From contig CANPZB010000002.1 of the NCBI GenBank assembly GCA_947588755.1, positions 7,954 through 71,953 of the forward strand: DNA of 64,000 bases. The letters are read 5' to 3'. Position numbers and translations under genes: made by a program. This document shows positions 28,339 to 36,570 of the stretch, one piece after another; positions within the stretch are counted from its first letter, which is position 1, and each line of letters opens with the position of its first letter. This stretch comes from Candidatus Gastranaerophilales bacterium (GTDB lineage: Bacteria; Cyanobacteriota; Vampirovibrionia; Gastranaerophilales; Gastranaerophilaceae). The notes under the pieces are model-generated. The model was not told where the DNA came from. It saw nothing but the letters and a program-made list of their open reading frames with translations, and searched no databases.

Positions 28339-29562
28339 ATATTTATCAAGGATTTCTGTTAACACAATTTTTATATGCGAGTAATTTAAACCGCCTTGCA
28401 TGTACGCAACGTAAGGCGGTCTCATAGGGCCGTCAGCCGATAACTCAATTGTAGAGCCTTCAATAAATGTTCCGCCCGCCATAATTACTTTATCTTCATA
28501 CCCCGGAATATGTTCGGGAATTGGGGTTACATAGCCGTTAACAGGCGAAAGACTTTGTATGGTTCTGCAAAATTGTTCCAAAGGTTCGGGCGAGTTGAAA
28601 GTTATATTTTGAATAATATCCGAGCGTTTTTCGTAATATTTCGGATAACTTTCAAAACCGATTTCATCAAAAACTTTAGCGGCAAGTACGGCACCTTTAA
28701 TTGCATCGCAAACAACGGAAGGTGCCATAAACAGACCTTGAAAAATAAGTCTGTGCTGGTTAAACATTGCACCGCCCTCGCAGCCTATTCCCGGTGCGGT
28801 TAACCTGTTTGCGGCTTTATCAACGTATTTTGCTTTGCCCGCAATATAGCCGCCGGCTTCGACAATTCCGCCTCCGGGGTTTTTAATCAAAGAACCGCCT
28901 ATAAGGTCGGCACCTGCTTCGAGAGGTTCGCGTGTATCGGCGAATTCGCCGTAACAATTATCCGTAAAGCATATACATTCAGGGTTTTTCGATTTTACGA
29001 TTTTGCATATTTTTTCAATATCTTCAACGGAAAGCGATTTTCTTGTCGAATAGCCTTTTGAACGCTGAATTAGAACCATTTTTACATTATCGTCAATACT
29101 TTTTTCGAGTTTATCAAAATCTATAAAGTTATTTTTTAAAGGTATTTCTTCATAAATTATACCGTGGGCGATTAAAGAATCTTCTTTTACGGAATTTTCG
29201 CCTTCTGTACCGATAACCTCCCGCATTGTATCATAAGGAGAACCCGCCGCGGATATAAGTTTGTCACCCGCTCTTAAGTTCCCAAAAAGACAGCAGGCGA
29301 GTGTATGAGTGCCAGAGGCAAAATGAATTCTGACAAGAGCCTTTTCGGCTTTAAAAACATCGGCAAAGACTTTATCAAGAACTTCCCGCCCCAAATCATC
29401 GTGTCCGTAGCCCGATACGGTATAAAAATGTTCGGGTGCGACTTTATTCTTCAAAAAAGCATCCAAAACTTTTTTCTGGTTAAAATCTCTGATATTTTCC
29501 AGTTCTTCAAACTGCTGTGTAAGCGATTTTTCGGCTTGTTTAATAAAATCTTTAGCTTTCAT
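28333..29562 (-). CDS. methionine gamma-lyase family protein (YnbB / aluminium-resistance type, PLP-dependent)
   Basis: FYTVSGYGHDDLGREVLDKVFADVF..IHFASGTHTLA blocks. ATG 29562 (MKAKDFIKQ..) preferred over the upstream track start. Confidence 0.75.
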   Translation of the reverse strand: MKAKDFIKQAEKSLTQQFEELENIRDFNQKKVLDAFLKNKVAPEHFYTVSGYGHDDLGREVLDKVFADVFKAEKALVRIHFASGTHTLACCLFGNLRAGDKLISAAGSPYDTMREVIGTEGENSVKEDSLIAHGIIYEEIPLKNNFIDFDKLEKSIDDNVKMVLIQRSKGYSTRKSLSVEDIEKICKIVKSKNPECICFTDNCYGEFADTREPLEAGADLIGGSLIKNPGGGIVEAGGYIAGKAKYVDKAANRLTAPGIGCEGGAMFNQHRLIFQGLFMAPSVVCDAIKGAVLAAKVFDEIGFESYPKYYEKRSDIIQNITFNSPEPLEQFCRTIQSLSPVNGYVTPIPEHIPGYEDKVIMAGGTFIEGSTIELSADGPMRPPYVAYMQGGLNYSHIKIVLTEILDKYL

Positions 29563-29656
29563 ATTTATAATAATATTGCAAGAGAAAGTAATCGTCAAAC
29601 GCGACAATAAACTTTAAGGTGATGTTTTTGTCATAATTTTTATAAAATTTAGTAAT

Positions 29657-30370
29657 ATGCGGAATTTTATCATAATATTAAGTTTAATTTTTTTATTGCC
29701 TGCTTACGGCGGGGATTATAATTTATATAAAAGCGGTGATTATTCAGCGGGAAATATTTCGGAAGAAGAACGAATATTGTTTATACTGGATTTTTCCAAC
29801 AGTATGACGGAATACCTAGACGGTGAGAGAAAAATAGACTTAATGCTGTCGACGATAAAGTCAATATTACCTAAACTCGGTAAAAACACTTATGCGGGTT
29901 TAAGGGTTTACGGTCATAGAATGGGATTTACACCATACGATGCGTGTCATGCATCAACGCTTATTTCACCAGTAATTTCGGATAACACGGCAAATATATT
30001 AAATTCATTATCGGGAATAAAGCCGAGAGGGATGACCCCGATAACATATTCACTAAAGCAGGCGGTCAAATATGATTTTATGGGATTTACGGGGAAAAAG
30101 CATATAATACTTTTAACAGACGGCGGAGAAAACTGTGATGAGAGTCCGTGTAAATATGTAATGGAACTTGTCAAACTGAGAAAAGATGTAAAAATTGATG
30201 TAATAGCATTTAACATAAATGATGAAGAAGATTTGGAGCAATTGGAATGCACATCGCTTGTGACCAGCGGAAAATTTTATACAGCGAATACAGCGGCAGA
30301 GTTGGCGAACAGCCTTAATAACAGTATCAATTCGGTAAAAGATGTAGAAGCCAAAATCATTTCACATTGA
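29657..30370 (+). CDS. secreted von Willebrand factor A (VWA) domain protein
   Basis: Signal peptide MRNFIIILSLIFLLPAYG. MIDAS-like DFSNSM (DxSxS). HIILLTDGGENCDESPC. Confidence 0.8.
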   Translation: MRNFIIILSLIFLLPAYGGDYNLYKSGDYSAGNISEEERILFILDFSNSMTEYLDGERKIDLMLSTIKSILPKLGKNTYAGLRVYGHRMGFTPYDACHASTLISPVISDNTANILNSLSGIKPRGMTPITYSLKQAVKYDFMGFTGKKHIILLTDGGENCDESPCKYVMELVKLRKDVKIDVIAFNINDEEDLEQLECTSLVTSGKFYTANTAAELANSLNNSINSVKDVEAKIISH

Positions 30371-30929
30371 ATTAAGAAACAGCATTTGTCATGCTGAATT
30401 TATTTCAGTATCTTAGAATTTTCGTGGCTAATGTTGATTTAAGACACTGAAACTAGGCAACGGGGGTAAGATCCTGAAACGAGTTCAGGATGACATGGTA
30501 GGGTTCACCATGACATGGTTGGTGTTCAGGATGACATGATGGTGGAAGTTGTTTGTCATAGACGAACAAAATGCCGCGAAAATTCTGTCATGTCTTTCCA
30601 TGTCTTCCCCCGCCATGTCATGCTGAATTTATTTCAGCATCTTAGCCTTATCAAGTCTTACATGGCTTAAAACCTGCCCGTATCAATGCTGTATGTAATA
30701 GACACTGAAACTATGCGACGGGGATAAGATCCTGAAACGAGTTCAGGATGACATGGTGGGGTTCAGCATGACATGTGTGTAGTGCATTATTTGTCATAAA
30801 ATGACCAATGCCACGGGGGTAAGATCCTGAAACAAGTTCAGGATGACATGGTAGGGTTCACCATGACATGGTTGGTGTTCAGCATGACATGTGAAAATTC
30901 AGCATTACATGGGGTGGGGATAGTATTTG
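30371..30929. repeat. dense cluster of hairpin elements and 20/21-bp phased motif repeats (REP/MITE-like)
   Basis: Five copies of the about 30-nt hairpin unit ATGTCAT[G/C]CTGAA-N4-6-TTCAG[C/G]ATCTTA. Two are forward (30387-30416, 30615-30645) and three reverse (30467-30498, 30725-30756, 30820-30851). Nine GTTCA(G/C)(G/C)ATGACATG motifs. Confidence 0.9.
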
Positions 30930-31667
30930 TTATTTCATGTTGTCAGGATATTCCCAGTTGTTTGAGTATATGGCATCAAAACAATTACAACCATTAAGAG
31001 TACTTGATTTACACTCATTGCTACCAGAACTCCCATATCCAGTAATATCTCCATTTGTTTTTATTTGAAGTCCAAATAAATCTCTGCCTGCCACATTTGG
31101 TTTTTTTGAACCGTTAATGTCAACAACAACATCTATTCTACCTTCTTGCTTTGAGGGCCAAACAGAATAACCGGCTGCTGTCATAAATGAATTATCACCA
31201 GCTGACACTGAAGTCGTTCCACCATTTAATGTTGTATAACTGCTTGCAAAACATGGGGCTGACTGTCCCGAACAAGTATGAGCGACTTTAAAGTATTTTG
31301 GGAATGCGTTAGCAGGGTCAGTAGCTAATGTTGTAGATAAAATACTCTTTTTACCTTCGGTTGTCAACGCCAAATCGGCAACTTGTCCCAAATCAAAGTA
31401 TACTTTTCTTATCATTGCGATATTTGCCTTGTTTTTATAATTGGTAATCAAAGAAGGCATGGTAATTGCCGATACTACCCCGATTATCCCGAGGGTGATA
31501 AGTACTTCAGCCAGAGTGAACGCGACTCTACGTTTGTTGTGTTGCCGGGCTACGTGCGTAGCACCTTCAGCCAGAGTGAACGCGACTTTACGTTTGTTGT
31601 GTTGACGAGCTAAAGCACCAAAAAAATTTGGTTTACTCTTTAATAAATTTAAGTTTTTGTTTTGCAT
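30930..31667 (-). CDS. type IV pilin-like / pseudopilin protein with duplicated prepilin leader
   Basis: ..ARQHNKRKVAFTLAEGATHVARQHNKRRVAFTLAEVLITLGIIGVVSAI.. Conserved VVDINGSKKPNVAGRDLF block. Cys-containing C-terminus ending NNWEYPDNMK. AAAGGAA RBS. Confidence 0.8.
   Translation of the reverse strand: MQNKNLNLLKSKPNFFGALARQHNKRKVAFTLAEGATHVARQHNKRRVAFTLAEVLITLGIIGVVSAITMPSLITNYKNKANIAMIRKVYFDLGQVADLALTTEGKKSILSTTLATDPANAFPKYFKVAHTCSGQSAPCFASSYTTLNGGTTSVSAGDNSFMTAAGYSVWPSKQEGRIDVVVDINGSKKPNVAGRDLFGLQIKTNGDITGYGSSGSNECKSSTLNGCNCFDAIYSNNWEYPDNMK
31505..31619. repeat. in-frame direct duplication of the pilin leader/cleavage-site coding block (60-nt + 54-nt units)
   Basis: CTTCAGCCAGAGTGAACGCGACT(C/T)TACGTTTGTTGTGTTG occurs at 31505 and 31565. 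The units encode GA(THV/L)ARQHNKR(R/K)VAFTLAE twice. Confidence 0.9.
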
Positions 31668-31697
31668 AATATAGTTCCTTTTATTAAAATTACATTA

Positions 31698-32336
31698 CTA
31701 ATAATTCATTTCCCAGTTGTCGTTTAGGATTTTACCGAAGCAAGCCTCCGGATTAGTTTGACTTGCTTGAAAGTTAGCTTCTCTCTGTGCATTAGGTGTT
31801 GTATCGCTTGACTGTGAGCCGTTTCTGATTCTGTAGTCTATGGTATCAATACTACCGTCAGGCCAGTATGGTAACCGAAAGATATCCTGACAACTTTTGT
31901 TTGGGCCTTTAGTTCCGTTAATATCAACCACGAACAATTTAACTGTAGTTCCCATCCAAACTGCCGCTCCGCTTTCCAACATAACAGCATTCGGACCAAA
32001 GCCGGGGAATGCCTGATTTTGTGTAAAACAACCAACGTAACCTAAGTTACAAACTTTGGAAACTTTAAGGTACCTGTTCAAAAAAGCAGCTGCACTGTCT
32101 ATATCGCTAAATACAAACTCACTTTTGTGATTTTCCGTCATATACAAGCTCATTGCCTGTGTCAGGTCGTTATATACCTTTTTCAAGGAAGTTACATACA
32201 GATTTTTTCTGTAATTTGCTATGACATTGGGCAACACAAGCGAAGATACTACTCCGACAATAGCCAAAGCTATCATGGTTTCTGCCAGAGTGAATGCTAA
32301 AAGTCTTTTTATACGATATTTTTTCTCTCTTTTCAT
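31698..32336 (-). CDS. type IV pilin-like / pseudopilin protein
   Basis: MKREKKYRIKRLLAFTLAETMIALAIVGVVSSLVLPN prepilin-type N-terminus. VVDINGTKGPNKSCQDIF block. C-terminal ..CFGKILNDNWEMNY. Confidence 0.8.
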   Translation of the reverse strand: MKREKKYRIKRLLAFTLAETMIALAIVGVVSSLVLPNVIANYRKNLYVTSLKKVYNDLTQAMSLYMTENHKSEFVFSDIDSAAAFLNRYLKVSKVCNLGYVGCFTQNQAFPGFGPNAVMLESGAAVWMGTTVKLFVVDINGTKGPNKSCQDIFRLPYWPDGSIDTIDYRIRNGSQSSDTTPNAQREANFQASQTNPEACFGKILNDNWEMNY

Positions 32337-32406
32337 ACCGCCTCCGAGTTATATTATATTCTTTTGCGGTATGCTTGTCAATAATGAAAATATTGTTTGG
32401 TTTTAA

Positions 32407-32579
32407 TGGGGGGGTGGCATGTGAGAGTTCAGGATGACATGGTGGGGTAAATATTCGCGGCTGAAATTGATTTAAGACACTGAAACTATGCGACGGGGGT
32501 AAGATCCTGAAACGAGTTCAGGATGACATGGTAGGGGTTCAGGATGACATGTGAGAGTTCAGCATGACATGGTGGGGTT
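32407..32579. repeat. second cluster of the same hairpin/motif repeat family, upstream of the pilin pair
   Basis: Reverse hairpin unit at 32500-32531. GTTCAG(G/C)ATGACATG motifs at 32427, 32516, 32537 and 32557. The about 100-bp block 32469-32575 is near-identical to 30436-30540. Confidence 0.9.
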
Positions 32580-32802
32580 ATACTTCTATAAACAAACGTC
32601 TGCCGACTATGTTCTGTTTGCCGTTGTAATACCCCGCAAAATAGCCGCCGCGAACAGGTGTGTTTTTTGCATAATTCGCGTAACTTCCGCTATAATTGAC
32701 AAACGGATTATTACTGTAAGGATTTGCACTCTTGACAGGCTGTGTTACCTGTGCCGGTGTCGGTAAAAATACTTGTGATAATAAATTTACTATACTTGCC
32801 AT
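32578..32802 (-). CDS. small hypothetical protein rich in N/Y/G/P
   Basis: 74-aa ORF with a GAGGT RBS 9 nt upstream. Mildly hydrophobic N-terminus. Its stop abuts the repeat cluster. Confidence 0.4.
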   Translation of the reverse strand: MASIVNLLSQVFLPTPAQVTQPVKSANPYSNNPFVNYSGSYANYAKNTPVRGGYFAGYYNGKQNIVGRRLFIEV

Positions 32803-32934
32803 TTACTGCTAACCTCATTTTAACATTTTTTATTTAATGAATTTTTTTCCTCTGTCATTATAATATCACGTTTTTAACAAAAATCTTAATTTATCTTAAC
32901 AAAATCATACTTTTTATGTAGTATAATTACTGTT

Positions 32935-34188
32935 ATGAATTCTAAAAACAAAAAGAAAGTTTTAATAGTCGGGGCGTCGGCAAAAGAGTACGCTCTCGCT
33001 AAAAAGTTTTTATCTTACGAAGAAAATTATGAAGTCTTTGTTGTTCCGGGAAACAGTATGATTGCGGAATTCTGCAAGTGTGAAGATATTCGCGAAGATA
33101 AACCCGAACAGATTTTGAAGTTTGCTATTGATAATAGTATCGATTTGACGGTGGTTTCTTCACAAAAAGCAATAAGAGCAGATATCGTTTCTTATTTTCA
33201 GATAAACGGACAGTTAATATTCGCACCTTCTTTTGCGGCTTCCGATTTCGCTTTATCTAAAGCGGTATGCAAAAAATTCCTCTATAAAATGCACATACCA
33301 GCCGTACACTTCGGGATTTTTGACAAAGAACAGGCAGCTTATGAATATTTAAAAACTTCGGACATGCCGGTGGTTATTCGCTCGGATGAGGACTGTATCT
33401 GCCCAGACAGGCTTGTATGCACTACGTTTGAAAATGCAAAAGCTTTCGCGGGCGATTTGTTTGCCCGAAATGAAAAAAAAGTTATAACGGAAGATTTTGT
33501 TTACGGTCATGAATTTACTTTTTACGTTATAACCGACGGTTACAGTGTTCTGCCCCTTATTTCCGCTGCCGATTATAAGTTCAGCGAAAACGGCGACGGA
33601 GGTATTCTTACCGACGGACTGGGTACTTATGCTCCCGATTATAAAATTACTGCCGAAAATGAAGCTTATTTAATGAAAAATGTCGTTCTGCCGATAATCT
33701 CAGCCAAAGAAAAAAGCGGGCATCCTTATCAGGGTATTCTTGGTGTTAATTGCGTTTTAAAAGACGACGGGAATATAGTCGTTCTGGATTTCAGAACATT
33801 TTTTGCCGATTATGACTGTCAGGCAATTTTAAATCTGCTTGACGATAATATTTATCTGCTGTTTGAAGCCTGTGCAATAGGCTCGTTCGCAGACGATTAC
33901 GAAAATATAAAATTTACGGATAAATCGTCAATTTCATGTATTTTATCATCAAGAAAGTCAGGCAGTGTTATTTCAGGCTTGGATTTCGCCGAAAAAGACG
34001 ATATTTCGTTTTTTAACTTATCCAAAAATGAGTACATGGAATATTTGACCGTTCGCGGTTATAATATGGTCATTACCAAAACCGCAAATACGCTTTCCAG
34101 AGCAAGAAATAATCTTTATGAGGATATTGAACTTATTAATTTCGACGGGAAAAAGTTCAGAAATGATATTTGCCCGCCTGTTTTATAA
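32935..34188 (+). CDS. phosphoribosylamine-glycine ligase (PurD) homologue with degenerate catalytic motifs
   Basis: Collinear with PurD (KVLIVG.., VPGN.., ATP-grasp core EDFVYGHEFTF, C-domain). The conserved GGREHA, GLAAGKGV, DHKR..GPNTGGMG and RFGDPE motifs are replaced by SAKEYA, DEDCICPDRL, DYKF..GILTDGLG and FFADYD. Confidence 0.6.
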   Translation: MNSKNKKKVLIVGASAKEYALAKKFLSYEENYEVFVVPGNSMIAEFCKCEDIREDKPEQILKFAIDNSIDLTVVSSQKAIRADIVSYFQINGQLIFAPSFAASDFALSKAVCKKFLYKMHIPAVHFGIFDKEQAAYEYLKTSDMPVVIRSDEDCICPDRLVCTTFENAKAFAGDLFARNEKKVITEDFVYGHEFTFYVITDGYSVLPLISAADYKFSENGDGGILTDGLGTYAPDYKITAENEAYLMKNVVLPIISAKEKSGHPYQGILGVNCVLKDDGNIVVLDFRTFFADYDCQAILNLLDDNIYLLFEACAIGSFADDYENIKFTDKSSISCILSSRKSGSVISGLDFAEKDDISFFNLSKNEYMEYLTVRGYNMVITKTANTLSRARNNLYEDIELINFDGKKFRNDICPPVL

Positions 34189-34232
34189 AAATATCCGTTG
34201 AAAATTTTTTTTATATCCTTATATATATAAAT

Positions 34233-35267
34233 ATGATTAAAGGTAAAAATTATTACGAAATATTGAATGTTACCCCTGACAGTTCGATTAACGAAATTAA
34301 AGCTTCTTTCAGGAAACTTGCAAGAAAATATCATCCGGATTTGAACCCCGACGGTGCGTTGCTTTTTAAAGAAATAAGCGAAGCCTATGAAACTTTGAGC
34401 AATACTGCCAAAAGAAATCAATATGATATTATAAACGGATTTTTTAAATCTGAAAAACAAACAACTTCCGATAAAAATAATTCTCATTTCGACAACTCAT
34501 TTAAAAAAGAAAATTTTACTAAGAAAAAAACTGATAATTCTTACGATAAACGTGAATTTTCAAAAAAAATAAATGAAATTTTTGACGAGTTTAAAAAAAA
34601 TTCCTCTAAAAAATATTCCAAAGACAGTGAAAAAGTTACTCCGATTTGCGGAACGGATATTTATGCGGACATTTTAATTAATATTTCAGAATCGGTAAAA
34701 GGAACGTCAAGAACCGTTAACATTGTCCATAGCGAGTTATGTCCGCTCTGCAGGGGAAGAAAATTTATTAACGGGGCAAAATGTTCTTCCTGCAGCGGTA
34801 AAGGCGAAATTTCCCAATATAGGAAATTAACCGTAAAAATACCCAAAGGAGTTAAAAACGGCACAAAATTAAGAATTCCCGACGAAGGCAACGCAGGTAA
34901 ATTCGGCGGAAAAAACGGTGATTTGTATTTGAATATTAAAATCGAAAACAGTTCGCGAATGAAATACGAAGGACTGAATGTACTTTATAATCTTCCTTTG
35001 ACTCCTTTTGAAGCGGTTTTGGGAACAGAAATTACAATCCCCGCATTTGAAGGCGACGTACTTTTAAAAATTCCTCCTAAAACAAATTCGGGACAAAAAT
35101 TCAGACTCTCGGGGCAGGGACTCGCCGAAAAAGAAAAAATAGGCGATATGATTATTACCGTTCATATTGAAATTCCCTCATCTTTGTCGGATGATGAAAT
35201 TAAGCTTTATGAAAAGCTTAAAAAGTTATCGCGTTCAAATATAAGAGAAAATTTGTTTAATGAATGA
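34233..35267 (+). CDS. DnaJ-family J-domain protein with reduced zinc-finger region
   Basis: J domain YYEILNV..KYHPDLNP (HPD). K/S-rich linker instead of a G/F region. Only two CxxCxG motifs (CPLCRGR, CSSCSGKG). DnaJ C-terminal beta domains. Confidence 0.75.
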   Translation: MIKGKNYYEILNVTPDSSINEIKASFRKLARKYHPDLNPDGALLFKEISEAYETLSNTAKRNQYDIINGFFKSEKQTTSDKNNSHFDNSFKKENFTKKKTDNSYDKREFSKKINEIFDEFKKNSSKKYSKDSEKVTPICGTDIYADILINISESVKGTSRTVNIVHSELCPLCRGRKFINGAKCSSCSGKGEISQYRKLTVKIPKGVKNGTKLRIPDEGNAGKFGGKNGDLYLNIKIENSSRMKYEGLNVLYNLPLTPFEAVLGTEITIPAFEGDVLLKIPPKTNSGQKFRLSGQGLAEKEKIGDMIITVHIEIPSSLSDDEIKLYEKLKKLSRSNIRENLFNE

Positions 35268-35943
35268 TAATTGCAAAGTGAAAATTAAAGAAATATTTAC
35301 TTCCGTTCAGGGGGAAGGCCCTTATATCGGCGTAAAACAGCTTTTTATCAGATTTTGTAACTGTAATCTTAAATGTAACTATTGCGATACGGATTTCGCT
35401 TCCCGAAATGATTACGAAGAACACACTCCCCAATCGCTTTTAAAAAGAATTAATGAGTTTGATACGGATAACGTGCATTCAATTTCGCTTACGGGCGGTG
35501 AACCTCTGCTATCCGCAGATTTTCTCAAACAATTTCTGCCTTTGACAGGTAAAAAAATATATTTGGAAACAAACGCCACGCTCGCCGATAAATTTTACGA
35601 AGTTAAACCTTTTATCGGTATTGTCGCCGCTGATATTAAACTTGAAAGTGCTTCCGGCCTGAAAGATACTTTTAAATTTCACGAAAAATTTTTTGAAGCA
35701 TGCCGAGGGGTTGAAACTTTTGCCAAGGTTGTTTTTAATCAAAATATTACTGATTACGAAATTTCCGCATGTACTGATTTAGGTCAAAAATTCGGTATTG
35801 AACTTATTCTTCAACCCGAAACCGTCGAAAATTTACCCGCTGTATCCGCGGATTTTGCGATTTCCGTTACCGACATGTTCCTTAAAAAGTATAAAAATGT
35901 CAGGCTGATTCCTCAGGTTCATAAATTTTTGGGCTTGAGATAA
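35260..35943 (+). CDS. queE: 7-carboxy-7-deazaguanine synthase QueE (radical SAM)
   Basis: IFTSVQGEGPYIGVKQLFIRFCNCNLKCNYCDT signature. Overlaps the dnaJ-like gene by 8 nt. Confidence 0.8.
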   Translation: MNDNCKVKIKEIFTSVQGEGPYIGVKQLFIRFCNCNLKCNYCDTDFASRNDYEEHTPQSLLKRINEFDTDNVHSISLTGGEPLLSADFLKQFLPLTGKKIYLETNATLADKFYEVKPFIGIVAADIKLESASGLKDTFKFHEKFFEACRGVETFAKVVFNQNITDYEISACTDLGQKFGIELILQPETVENLPAVSADFAISVTDMFLKKYKNVRLIPQVHKFLGLR

Positions 35944-36006
35944 ATAATACTGAAAAGTTTGTTTTTTAACCGATTTGTTATATAATACTTCTTAAGAGAG
36001 GTGTGT

Positions 36007-36570
36007 ATGGCTGTAAAAAGAGTTTTACAATACGGGGAAAAATCTTTAAGAGAACCTTCCAAAGAAGTGCATAAAGTTTCAAAAAAAATAACGGAACTTG
36101 TTCATGATTTGTTGGAAACAATGTATGCAAAGAACGGTGTCGGGCTTGCCGCACCGCAAATCGGGGTTAATTACAGGGTTTTTGTCATTGATGTTTCTAC
36201 TAACAAAGAACCTCTAAACCCTATTGTGTTTATAAATCCGAAAATAATAAAAAAATCGGGTGCCGTTATCGCTCAGGAAGGTTGTATAAGTTTTCCCGAG
36301 GCTTACACTGACGTTAAGCGTTATAAAAATATTATGGTTAAGGCTCTTGATGCTAAGGGAAAACCCTTTGTACTCGAAGCAAATGACGGCTCATTATTGG
36401 CCAGAGCCATACAGCATGAATATGACCACCTTGACGGTATTTTATTTATTGACCACTGCGTTAACAGATTTGAAACAGATGAAATTCTGGCAAAATATCA
36501 CTTACCGCCCGTTGAACCCGAAAAACTTCTCGATGAACCCGAACTTGATAAGGAATTAAATAATGATTGA
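36007..36570 (+). CDS. def: peptide deformylase
   Basis: GVGLAAPQIG, EGCISFP and QHEYDHLDG motifs. ATG 36007 follows a GAGAGG RBS. Confidence 0.95.
   Translation: MAVKRVLQYGEKSLREPSKEVHKVSKKITELVHDLLETMYAKNGVGLAAPQIGVNYRVFVIDVSTNKEPLNPIVFINPKIIKKSGAVIAQEGCISFPEAYTDVKRYKNIMVKALDAKGKPFVLEANDGSLLARAIQHEYDHLDGILFIDHCVNRFETDEILAKYHLPPVEPEKLLDEPELDKELNND

Noticed and set aside
30371-30929. Possible CRISPR array, because of many short direct repeats
   Set aside because: The units are 20-21 bp with only 4-6-nt G-rich gaps and no unique spacers of 25 nt or more. The repeats occur in both orientations and form hairpins. No cas genes or leader are present in the window.
35260-35943. The radical SAM gene as the missing third member of the AmmeMemoRadiSam system
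   Set aside because: Its N-terminus (FTSVQGEGPYIG..FIRFCNCNLKCNYCDT) is the QueE signature, not the PflA-like AmmeMemoRadiSam enzyme. It also lies 33 kb from the Memo-AMMECR1 fusion.
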